Shown here piece by piece: positions 46,718 to 57,200 of a stretch of 64,000 bases of DNA. Below the pieces are notes generated by a model. It was given only the letters and a program-made list of their open reading frames with translations, had not been told where the DNA came from and did no database searches. The position numbers and the translations under genes were made by a program. Numbering within the stretch: position 1 is the stretch's first letter; the number at the start of each line of letters is the position of its first letter. The stretch is from Haliotis cracherodii. Lineage: Eukaryota. Location of the stretch: NCBI RefSeq assembly GCF_022045235.1, contig NW_027266343.1, positions 51,616,134 through 51,680,133 of the forward strand, read 5' to 3'.

Positions 46718-48157
46718 TCACGCTGTCTGGGTGAAGTTAAAGGCGAAGGCTATCTGGCTGACAGGACCCTGGGCTGTTGCGACTAAAAGCGGCGAAGAGC
46801 TATTAACCCACGGAACTTCCAACACGGCAATCTGACCTTGAACTTCATAATCATAGGGAACCGGAAGTGTCCACATTATGTTTTGCTGACCGTCCCCAAA
46901 GGATGTATCCAAGGCAACCAAGTAATTCGTCGCATTATAGGAAGAGTGGGGCTGAGTTTTATTAACCCGTCTTACGGCGAAAAGAAGGAGGTCAGCATGC
47001 GTTTTGGGATCTATGGCTACCATTACCCTTGACGTCACTTGTACGCTGGTGTTTAGCATGTGGGAGACGTTAGCGATTTGTTGGACCTGGCTGGAGATTT
47101 GATCGAATCCGTTAATGGTGTCGCCAAACTGCGTGACAGCCCACACCAGGCTTCCCTCGCCAAGCCCGGCCCGTTGCTTTGTGTGAGTGACTGGTGTTTT
47201 TATGTCCTTAGGATCTGTGTCCCGGAGTTCTTGTTTCACACCAGTGTCCCATGACGAGTCCAGACCCGGCCTGCCATAGGAATCGTCATAGACCGACATA
47301 TGAGAGAGGGAGAAGTTGTTGCTGTACGACAAGCTCATGTTTGTACCTAGATCTTGAATACCCACCAGTTTGGAAAATGAGCTTTCAAGGCAGCACTGAC
47401 GATTTTCTTCCAATGTCAGCATATCACAGATCCCTGTAGGGGGCGCCACACTTGCCATCACTGTTCCAAAGAAGTATATCAAACTGGACTGTTCACTTGC
47501 CTGCTGTGACCATTGGGGACGAATCTTGTCGCTGGGATGGCGGCCCTTGTGTGAACCGCCCGTACCGGAAGTACCAGGGTTTTGATGCTTGTTTGTGTTT
47601 CCTGTACCGGTAGAAAGAATGAAATCGTCCTGAACCATTCCCACAACATCCATAGATTCGCCATGTCGAAGTACTGGATTCCGCAAACTGTTGGTTGTTT
47701 CCCAAATATTTGTTCCACCCTTTGCTTCAGATCGTGTGAGCATGTCTAGGAGGCCGGAGTTACCAGCCACCTGATTAGCCGTCATATACTTCAGTCTCGT
47801 GTCGTGCTCGAGTGTGTCACGTTTGTTCCTGGAGAGACGAGACCGTTTCATTGCATCAGGGTTCCCAAGTCTTATTGTCTTCTTATCACGTGAGATCTCG
47901 GACGCGGGTTTATGTTTACTACCTGCTACGTTCCCAGCGTTTTGTTTCCCTTCATCTTGGGACGATTCCGTGGATTTCTCTGGTCGCCGACAGTTGACCT
48001 TGACCTCTAGTTCCAGGTTGAAGTACCAGACGATATCGATAGGCTGCAACAAGCGGTCCAAGAGGTCTATGGCGTACAGACGCTGCATACCGAGAGTACC
48101 AAGCTGTGGAAAATGTGGAAGAACCTGGTTTAATCTGCGACACAATATGATATCCAT
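46718..48157 (-). CDS. unknown protein A (479 aa); intronless ORF, paralog of the adjacent ORF B
   Basis: long ORF, improbable by chance; N-terminal QRLYAIDLL, a long S/T/G/N/K-rich disordered stretch, and a C-terminal ~150-aa domain shared with ORF B (VWAV..., LLFA, MWTLPVPYDYEVQGQIAVLEV); many NxS/T sequons. Confidence 0.55.
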   Translation of the reverse strand: MDIILCRRLNQVLPHFPQLGTLGMQRLYAIDLLDRLLQPIDIVWYFNLELEVKVNCRRPEKSTESSQDEGKQNAGNVAGSKHKPASEISRDKKTIRLGNPDAMKRSRLSRNKRDTLEHDTRLKYMTANQVAGNSGLLDMLTRSEAKGGTNIWETTNSLRNPVLRHGESMDVVGMVQDDFILSTGTGNTNKHQNPGTSGTGGSHKGRHPSDKIRPQWSQQASEQSSLIYFFGTVMASVAPPTGICDMLTLEENRQCCLESSFSKLVGIQDLGTNMSLSYSNNFSLSHMSVYDDSYGRPGLDSSWDTGVKQELRDTDPKDIKTPVTHTKQRAGLGEGSLVWAVTQFGDTINGFDQISSQVQQIANVSHMLNTSVQVTSRVMVAIDPKTHADLLLFAVRRVNKTQPHSSYNATNYLVALDTSFGDGQQNIMWTLPVPYDYEVQGQIAVLEVPWVNSSSPLLVATAQGPVSQIAFAFNFTQTA

Positions 48158-48790
48158 TAATATGCCAGTCTTTTACCTTGTCTTTATAGACAAGGGTATA
48201 GGCTCAGTTAAGCCAGGGCAGTGAGGGAGAATGTTTAGCTTGCAGTGTTTGTTTGTTGTTTAACGGCGCACTCAGCAATATTCCAGCTATATGACGGCGG
48301 TCTGTAAATAATCGAGTCTGGACCAGGCAATCCAGTGATTGATATCAAGAGCATCGATCCACACAATTGGGATACGATGACAGCTTGCAGTGAGGTCAAA
48401 CAATCTTTGTCTCTCAATGTCCACAGTACAAAGGTCTGATGAGATGCTCCCCGAGGCTCTCCGAGGCGCTGGGGTAGGGTAGGAAGGGAGGGACAGGTAA
48501 GCTGTAGGTACAGTGTGTGCTGTGTGAGGGGTAGGGAAGGGGAAGGACAAACTAAGCGGTAGGGGCGGGTACAGTCGCCGTTGACAGCCGTTAAATGAGT
48601 AGAAAGCAGTTAAACGAGGCGGTTGCTTGTACAGATAGAATAGATTCGCAATCACGTACAAATGAAAAAAAATAATGTCGATGCTACTGAAACTATAATT
48701 TATTTAAGAAGAAACAATTGAATGTATCCATACGACGTGTGGCACAAATAACCGTTCTCGAATGTATTCAGTTGTCATGTATATGATATT

Positions 48791-49657
48791 TTAGCGGAGG
48801 CCAAAAGCATACACACCGGTCATATTTCTACCAGTTCCGACAAACGTCTCATAGGATGCGCTCACAAAACTGATTTGGCCTTCAACCTGGAAGGAATCAG
48901 GTAACGCAATATTCCACATCACCGTTGGTGCTTTCTGAGAAGACAGAATTCCTTGCAGCGTTACGAGGTGTTGGGAGTACCTCAGGGCGGTGGTGTTTGC
49001 AATGCTCAATGCGAACATGAGAACATAGCTGTCGGCAGTGTCGATATGTACCATCAGACTTGAGGATAGCCTGACGTGTTTTACATTCAGTAAGGCATTT
49101 AAGGTAATATTCATGAACATGCTTTTAGTTTTTGGGTTAAGTGCTGAAATAACAGAACCCCGTTGCTGGGCAACCCAGACGACTGGCATCTGAACGCTGT
49201 CGTCATGACAAAATGTGACGTCATCATAAACAGCAAAATTTGATGGTGGATAACTGGATGTATGCACTATGGTTCCTTTGGAACCGTCTTCTCTAACGGC
49301 CAGCAACGTCGAAACGGCGTCACAATCACCACCCCGCCCATCAACCCCCGACAGGCTGATGTAGATGGTGCTGTGATAATACAACAGCACATTTTCAGAA
49401 CCACCATCTGTGTCATCAGAGTCGGCATCAGATGCGAATGTGGCCCTTCCTGTTCCAACGTTCACGCTCCATACCACGCGCATGCGCTCTAATTCACTGA
49501 CCCGGATGTCGACAGAATATAAGCGCTGCATTCTCACGATCTGAAAACGGACATAGGAAGTGGTTGAAGCCAAGCATTGTGAGATACACTGGTGCAGGAC
49601 ACGGCGGGTGAAGGAGGGATACCATATAACCCCAGAAATAAAGTTACATGTATGCAT
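48791..49657 (-). CDS. unknown protein B (288 aa); paralog of ORF A
   Basis: N-terminal QRLYSVDIR and C-terminal domain (VVWVAQQ..., LMFA, MWNIALPDSFQVEGQISFV) alignable to ORF A; NxS/T sequons. Confidence 0.55.
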   Translation of the reverse strand: MHTCNFISGVIWYPSFTRRVLHQCISQCLASTTSYVRFQIVRMQRLYSVDIRVSELERMRVVWSVNVGTGRATFASDADSDDTDGGSENVLLYYHSTIYISLSGVDGRGGDCDAVSTLLAVREDGSKGTIVHTSSYPPSNFAVYDDVTFCHDDSVQMPVVWVAQQRGSVISALNPKTKSMFMNITLNALLNVKHVRLSSSLMVHIDTADSYVLMFALSIANTTALRYSQHLVTLQGILSSQKAPTVMWNIALPDSFQVEGQISFVSASYETFVGTGRNMTGVYAFGLR

Positions 49658-49789
49658 GAGGTTAAATAAATATAACTTTATTAAAGAATCCCCGAGTATT
49701 AAGGAATTCTCAAGACCTTTAATTGAACTGGTTATGAGTATATGTGGAGAAGGGATGAGTATAGGTTGCTGGAGCTGAGAAGGGGATGA

Positions 49790-50990
49790 GTGCAGGATGT
49801 TGGAGCTGAGGCGGTGGGTATAGGATGCTAGAACTGAGAAAGGGATGAGTAAATGTTGTTTGACTTGAGAATCGAATCCGGGTCTTCAGCGTGACTTGGC
49901 CACCCGACCGCCCATAGGCTGCTAGAGCTGAGAAGGGGATGGGTATGAATTCCATAGCTGAGAAGGGGATAGGTTTAGGCTGCTGGAGCTGAGAAGGGGA
50001 TGGGTATGAATTCCATAGCTGAGAAGGGGATAGGTTTAGGCTGCTAGAGCTGGGAAGGGGACGAGTATAGGCTGCTGGAGCTGACGGGGTGGGTGTAGGT
50101 TGCTAGTGCTGAGAAGGGGACAAGTTTAAGCTGCTGGAGCTGAGGGGATGAGTATAGGTTGCTGGAGGTGAGGGGGGTGGGTATAGGCTGCTAGAGCTGG
50201 GAAGGGGATATGTTTAGGCTGCTGGAGCTGACGGGGTGGGTGTAGGTTGCTAGTGCTGAGAAGGGGACAAGTTTAAGCTGCTGGAGCTGAGGGGATGAGT
50301 ATAGGTTGCTGGGGGTGGGTATAGGCTGCTAGAGCTGGGAAGGGGACGAGTATAGGCTGCTGGAGCTGACGGGGTGGGTGTAGGTTGCTAGTGCTGGGAA
50401 GGGGACAAGTTTAAGCTGGCTGGAGCTGAGGGGATGAGTATAGGTTGCTGGAGGTGAGGGGGTGGGTATACGCTGCTAGAGCTGGGAAGGGGATATGTTT
50501 AGGCTGCTGGAGCTGAGGGGATGAGTATAGGTTGCTGGAGGTGAGGGGTGGGTATACGCTGCTAGAGCTGGGAAGGGGATATGTGTAGGCTGCTGGAGCT
50601 GACGGGGTGGGTGTAGGCTGCTAGAGCTGGGAAGGGAATAAGTATAGGCTGCTAGAGCTGAGAAGGAGATGTGTATATGCTGCTAGAGCTGGGAAGGGGA
50701 TGAGTATAGGCTGCTGGAACTGAGAATGGTATGTGTATAGGCTCCTGGAACTGAGAAGGGGATGTGTATAGGTTGCTGGAACTGAGAATGGGATGTGTAT
50801 AGGCTTCTGGAGCTGGGAAGGGGATGAGTATAGGCTGCTGGAACTCAGAAGGGGATGTGTATAGGCTGCTGGAACTCAGAAGGGGATGTGTATAGGCAGC
50901 TGGAACCGAGAATGGTATGTGTATAGGCTGCTGGAGCTGAGAAGGGGGTGAGTATAGGCTGCTGGAACTGTGAAGGGGCGTTTAACAACA
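49790..50990. repeat. 31-bp minisatellite, ~38 copies (gctggagctgagaaggggatgagtataggct), ~1.2 kb
   Basis: tandem units; period not a multiple of 3; embeds a SINE fragment at ~49855-49915. Confidence 0.95.
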
Positions 50991-51171
50991 AACTAACCAA
51001 CAAAACAAACTCACAATAGATATGTGTATCCTACTCACACACAGGAGTCCCAAAGAGGGACAGGTTAGCCGAAATTGCTTAGGCAGAAGGCAACCTCTTA
51101 AACACTTAATGCAACAACAACAACATCAACAACAACAACAAAACAGATGCTCCTGTGTGACACCAGGTCCT

Positions 51172-51343
51172 CCCTACCTTCTCTTGGGGTATGGCTGCGT
51201 CCTGGGGGTCGGGCTGGAACTGGGTGAGGATGTAGGCGCGGCTCCCCCGCATGATGGGCTGGGCGATGGGGTGAAAGGTCCCGTTGTACATCTCAACGTT
51301 TCCCCGTAGCACCAGGGACGCCAGGGGGATTCCATCTGGGGAA
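51172..51343 (-). CDS. candidate exon of an unidentified gene (DGIPLASLVLRGNVEMYNGTFHPIAQPIMRGSRAYILTQFQPDPQDAAIPQEK)
   Basis: acceptor ttccccag|ATGGAATCC; donor CAAGAGAAG|gtaggg; stop-free. Confidence 0.4.
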
Positions 51344-52212
51344 ATTACGGATGATACAATAGAATGGTTTATATGTTGCTGTCGAAGGCAATATCATTTC
51401 AGACACTTCAGACATTTTAACACTTCAAAAAACTACGAGAAAGGTAACAGACCGGTATACTTAAATAAACATGTTTTTTTATGTGATTAGATCTGATTTC
51501 ACTTATTGTCCAAGGAAGGTATATACATATATGTACAAGCCATGACATCGATTATAATATCTGTTCTTGCTCTTCATCAATTTTTCTAACAAATTATTGT
51601 GTGATGGCTTTCTTGTCATGAGCGCGTGTCAGAATCCGTATAAACTAACATATAGTGTATGAAATCAGGGGCAGTGGGGTAGCCTAGTGGTTAAAGCGTT
51701 CGCTCGTCAAGCCGAAGCCCCCGGTTCGATACCCCACATGGGCACAATGCGTGAAGCCCGTTTCTGGTGTCCCCCGCCCTGATATTGCTGGAATATTGCT
51801 GAAAGCGGCGTAAAACCATATTCACTCACTCTATGAAATCATTTATTACACAATTAATTTCTACCCTAAATATGTTTTTCCTTCTGCTGATTTCATAGAC
51901 TGTGTAAAAGAGTTGGCTAGACTTGCTAAACATAATCTGGTTGTGTTTTCATAAAAGACTGATTTATGTCCCGTCATCATGTCGGAAGGTGCACAAACTG
52001 TCATAAAACTGTCATAAAAAATATCCCTCTAAATATTCCTGATCCCCAACTTCCTTTGTGCAGAGAAATATGTAAAGTTTTAAAGAAGTAGATATCACCC
52101 GAGTATGTTCTGTATCGTAAATATTATATTTTAGGAATGAAAATGTAAACACAGGGGAAGAAATAATGGGAGTTTTTTTTAATTTAAAGAACGAATTGAA
52201 TACATGAGTCAG

Positions 52213-52214
52213 CC

Positions 52215-52247
<33 letters not shown>

Positions 52248-52250
52248 ACA
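52213..52250. repeat. poly(C) homopolymer tract, ~38 nt
   Basis: other long C/G homopolymers at 52380-52405, 46521-46550 (C~30 then A9), 37084-37115 and 36574-36583. Confidence 0.9.
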
Positions 52251-54035
52251 CACACACACAAAAAAAAAACCTTTAATATTAGATAGTATTAAATGATTAG
52301 TTCATTCATAATTTTACGTGCTAACATGCTAACATGGTAGGGATTGCGTATTCAAAGTGTCATCAGATGCAACCCCCAGTTCCCCCCCCCCCCCCCCCCC
52401 CCCCCTGATCCGCCACTCCTTACTTTAATACGAGTGCTGACGGTTGATGTCAAATACCCAAACTCTAAAATGAGGATATCAAGTGACATGCTCCAGGCAG
52501 TTCACATTACATTACGTGAAGGGGAGAGTGAGGGAAAGGGTTGGGGTGGGTGGGGGTGGAAACTCGGTACTGTGGTTTGGGGGAGCGGTGGGGTGGGGGG
52601 TGCTGTGAGGGGGAGGGGGCGCGATTAGTTCAGGTCAGGAAATGGTCGTAAGTGTCAGGCTAAGGAATGGAGATGTTTATCTTGATATTCAGTCATTTAG
52701 ATTCCGAGATGTGTTGATGTTCATGTGTTATAGATGCTGGATTTACAACACCCCGCGCTGGCTTGCCACCTCGTGAAGGGGGCGTGGGGATGGGGGGTCT
52801 GTACTGGGACGGCAGCGTGTCGGACATATACCAGATCCAAACACCGGCTTCGAACTGTCTCATTCATTTAATAGTCAAGAAACAATTAACGCTTGCCACA
52901 TGAAAAGAGATATGCTTATCGCTCCCCTGAAACAAGTAATGCGTTTGTTAGTAGAGAAATTTGTTTGTTGTTTAACGCCGCACTCAGCAATATTCCAGCT
53001 ATGTGACGGCGGTCTGTAAATAATCGAGTCTGGACAACACAATCTAGTGATTGATATCAGGAGCATCGGACAACACATTGGGGATACGATGAAATGCACC
53101 AACTAAGTCACCCGATCCCGTTAGTCGCCTCTGACGACAAGCATGGGTTTCTGATGACCTATACTAACCCGGATCTTCACGGGTCTCGCAAATAGGCGAG
53201 CATATCCTACGCCAAGGTGGCACCCATGTTTAATGGTTACTAAAAGGAAGCCTTATGTACTTCATATAGGTATCATAGTTGTGTTTTCGACCTTTAAGTT
53301 GCAGTGTTTCGACGACTGTTTTCAGCCTAGTAACGTTTTGATAACGTTTTTTAATATTTAGTCAAATCCAATTTACTTTTGCAGAGCAGTTTATAAAGTC
53401 TTGAAGTCTTATATACTACTCAAAAGAAGTTAAGAATCACCTGATTCTTTCATATTACAATAGTGAATATCTCATGTCATGACAGATTAACTTTACCATT
53501 ATGAAAGAATCGGGTGATCCTTAACTTCTTTTGAGTAGTATATTACACAATGCATTTCTCTCCTTGCGTCTATTTTTGTAATGTATATTGATTTCATGTA
53601 GACTGTTATTACACAATACATCTTCTTTTATCAGAAAGTATATTTTCTTGTGCTGATGTTGTTTTCAGCTAGCTTGACTAGCCTTGTTAATAATCTTGAC
53701 AGGTTTGATTAAATTAAACTAAATGCAGATATCCTACAGGTTTTGAGGTGATAAAACACATATTTCACAGTCGAGCTGCTTGACTACACAAACTCATATA
53801 ATTAGTGAGATGTTGACTTTTTATAAAAGTGATGATTGATGAATAAAGTAAGTACAACCACAATGAATTATGTGATTTAATAAATATGTTTGTTTGTTAG
53901 GTTTCATATATATTTTCCCGTTAGGTCATGTAGCAATTGTAGCGTTCATGTATTTGTTTTATAAAACATGAGGCCAAAGAATTTTCAGGAACCAGTTATA
54001 TTTTTATACATGGTGTAACATGGTCTGTCTCAGAC

Positions 54036-54295
54036 AGAGACCGCCTCCGTCGTCGAGTGGTAGAGCGTCCGCTCGTATAGCGAAGGTCCGAGGTTCGATC
54101 CCCGGATGCGTCATAAATACGTTAAAAGATGGTACTTGTTGTTACCCCTGTCTGGCGCTCGGCATTAAGGGGATAAAACAAGGACTGGTCGGCTCGGAGT
54201 CAGCATACTGTGTCCTGACTGGGCTATTCATGTTAAACTGCGGCATGGTATCTCAGTGGGCTTGCGCTATAAACTCGGCATTAGCCCGGGACTAG
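54036..54295 (+). mobile_element. SINE family D, sense copy with tRNA-like head gcctccgtcgtcgagtggtagagcg...ggttcgatcccc
   Basis: antisense copies at 19795-19990 and 29300-29545; fragment at 17440-17560; abuts an (ACGC)n microsatellite. Confidence 0.75.
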
Positions 54296-55189
54296 TACAA
54301 GCAGCCACCCAACACACACACGCACGCACGCACGCCACGCACGCACGGACCGCACGCACGCACGCACACACACACACGTCGCTGTATAAGTGCAATAATC
54401 GTGGACGCGACGTTAAACCCCATTTCACCTCACCTCACCTCACCTCACCTCACCTCACCTTAGAGACAGAATATTGACTCACTTGCGAGATAGGCGACGA
54501 CCTCCCCCCGTCTGAGACACGATCAAAAAGATGTTCCCATCTCCGAATTCCAGACTGAAACAGAACAATGGTGGTGAGTGGATTGGGTTCTGCGCCGCTT
54601 TGAATGTACAGTATTTCAGTTGTATCCCAGTTGAATATGAGTGGCAGCCTATTGGAAGCCGGTCCACTTTGGTGAAACCCTAGTCTGTCTCACAGTCCCA
54701 GACTAACATCTAGTCTTTGATGTGATCATATTTTACGATACAAACAGTTGTTAAATTATAGTTATGAAATATAATAATAAGAAGCCCATTCTCTACTGAT
54801 ACTGCAGTAATCTAGACTTGCTATTTTATTCATTTATATTTGTTGCAGGGTCTCAGTACCTGAACCATATTATATTCCCTTCCGCCCAACCCTTACTATA
54901 GTTGTATGACTCTAAACGAAGCAAGTCTAGATTTTCCACAGTCTTTGTATCTCCCATCTCCCTTTTCAATTTAAATGGAGTTGTTGTTTTTTATCAGAAT
55001 ATATATTTTCAGAGACTAAGCGTTAGACTAGTGAAATCCACGATCACGGATATGATTCCGACTGAACTGGATCAGGAACCAGGAACAGGAATCATTGGAT
55101 TCTGGCAGGTCTAAGGGACGCAAACCATGCACAGCAAATTAGACGACTGGGCCACTCGCGTGCCCCACGGACAATCGTAGTTGTAAGTC

Positions 55190-55930
55190 ACTGAGCGACT
55201 GGTGGGTCTGTATTCCAGGGGATGTGACCCCGAGTTCTGTAAGTCTCTGAGCGACTGGTGGTCTGTTTGATAGAGGTATGTGACCCCTGAGTTGTGTAAG
55301 TCACAGAGCGACTGGTGGTCTGTTTGATAGAAGTATGTGACCCTGAGTTACGCAAGTCACTAAGCGACTAGTGGTCTGTTTGATAGAGGTATGTGACCCT
55401 GAGTTGTATAAGTTACAGAGCGACTGGTTAAATGTTTGATAGAGGAATGTGACCCTGAGTTGTGTAAGTCTCTGAGCGACTGGTGGTCTGTTTGATAGAG
55501 GTATGTGACCCTGAGTTGTGTAAGTCACAGAGCGACTGGTGGTCTGTTTGGTAGCGGTATGAGACCCTGAGTTGTGTAAGTCACAGAGCGACTGGTGGTC
55601 TGTTTGTTAGAAGTATGTGACTCTGAGTTCTGTTAGTCACAGAGCGACTGGTGGTCTGTTTGATAGAGGTATGTGATCCTGAGTTACACAAGTCACTGAG
55701 CGACTAGTGGTCTGTTTGATAGAGGTATGTGACCCTGAGTTGTGTAAGTTACAGAGCGACTGGTTAAATGTTTGATAGAGGAATGTGACCCTGAGTTTGT
55801 GTAAGTCTCTGAGCGACTAGTGGTCTGTCCTCTAGGAGATGTGACCCTGAGTTGTGTAAGTCACAGAGCGACTGGTTGTCTGTTTGATAAAGGTATGTGA
55901 CCCTGAGTTCTGTAATTCTCTGATCGACCT
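55190..55930. repeat. ~60-bp minisatellite, ~12 copies (gtaagtcacagagcgactggtggtctgtttgatagaggtatgtgaccctgagttgt)
   Basis: tandem units with point variants. Confidence 0.9.
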
Positions 55931-56134
55931 CTGGTCTATATTCTAGGGGATGTGACCAATATGTGTTAAGCTCGGGCGTATTGGATGTGACCCAGAGTTC
56001 TGCAAGTGACCCTGAGTTACCCATGTCACTGAGAATCACAATGTCCTGGGAATAATGCAAGGGTGTTCGTGCCAGGCAAATTTTAAATCCTCTCATTCAC
56101 AGCTAGCGGATGCCATGGGGATCACTATAATACC

Positions 56135-56335
56135 TGAAAACAGGTGTCATGGGAGGGTCCAGGGGAATAACTGGTTTCTCCACCCGTGCCGTCGCCGTCG
56201 ACCTTCGTGAGGTATCTGCCGTCGCTGCCGATGATGTCTCCACTGATGTCCATGATGGGGAGCGAGGGGTTTACCAAGCTGGAGTCCCTCCACAGCACCT
56301 TCCCGGTGTCTCCGTCAACCCCCACGTAGCCACTG
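56135..56335 (-). CDS. candidate exon of an unidentified gene, PQQ/beta-propeller-like repeat (SGYVGVDGDTGKVLWRDSSLVNPSLPIMDISGDIIGSDGRYLTKVDGDGTGGETSYSPGPSHDTCFQ)
   Basis: acceptor gtcgttgcag|TGGCTAC; donor TTTTCAG|gtatta; G-x-D-x-x-G-K-x-L-W pattern. Confidence 0.4.
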
Positions 56336-57122
56336 CAACGACACACATAAAACGAGTTAAGTACCTTTAGCGAAAGTAAAGGTATCAAATACTAGTAACA
56401 CAACTCTGTGAGGTTTTGTTGTTGTTGTTGTTGTTGTTTAACGCCGCACTTAATGTTCCAGCTATATGCTGGTGGTCTGTAGACCTGCACAAGTCTCTAA
56501 GGAAATAATTATTAGTTTTAATCATAATTTCTAGATTATTTATAGTAAGAACAAGTTGTCCCCTTGATAGACTCGCGTCCTTAGACTTGTCTATTAGAAG
56601 GATAGAATTACTACAGATCCATTGATTTATCTTTCAGTACAGCCTTGGAGCAAGGCTAGGTGGTCTGTTGAACACGAGTCTGGACCAGAAAGGTCCAGAG
56701 CAACGATCCACGCCGTCGGGGTACGATGATACGCTTTGTTTGTTTGTTTATTTGCTGTTTAACTGTTTAAGTCAAAGAGCACGGTTCATTTGTGTATTCG
56801 TCAGTTAACCCATTGGAAAGCTGTCACACGTTTTCTTTCTGTTGTTGTTTGACGCCACAAATCAGCAATATTCCAGCTATATGACAGCGGTCTGTAAATA
56901 ATCGAGTCTGGACCAGGCAATCCAGTGATTGACATCATTAGCATCGATCTACGCAATTGGGATACGATGACATGCATCAACCATAGCAACGAGCCTAAAA
57001 TTAATCATTTAGCCTTCAAAAATTGCCACCCCCCACCTGTCCATTTGGTCGTCTTTTACGACTAGCGTATGTTTCTGGCGACCAAATCATTCTGACCCGT
57101 AACCTCTACATGGTAACTTCAC

Positions 57123-57200
57123 CCCACCCCAACCCAACCCAACCCAACCCAACCCAACCCAACCCACCCCCACCCCACCCCACCCCAACTCACCTCAACC
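57123..57200. repeat. (AACCC)n-like pentanucleotide microsatellite degenerating into (CACCC)n
   Basis: ccaacccaacccaacccaacccaacccacccccaccccacccc. Confidence 0.8.

Noticed and set aside
54036-54110. tRNA gene-like sequence gcctccgtcgtcgagtggtagagcg...ggttcgatccccggatgcg
   Set aside because: It is the head of a SINE family with related copies at 19795-19990 and 29300-29545. The acceptor stem has a mismatch and an anticodon arm cannot be folded cleanly, so it is not called as a functional tRNA.
57123-57200. (AACCC)n tract as a possible interstitial telomeric repeat
   Set aside because: The unit is a pentamer, not the hexameric TTAGGG-type repeat expected for most metazoans. The tract is short and degenerates into (CACCC)n, so it is better explained as an ordinary microsatellite.
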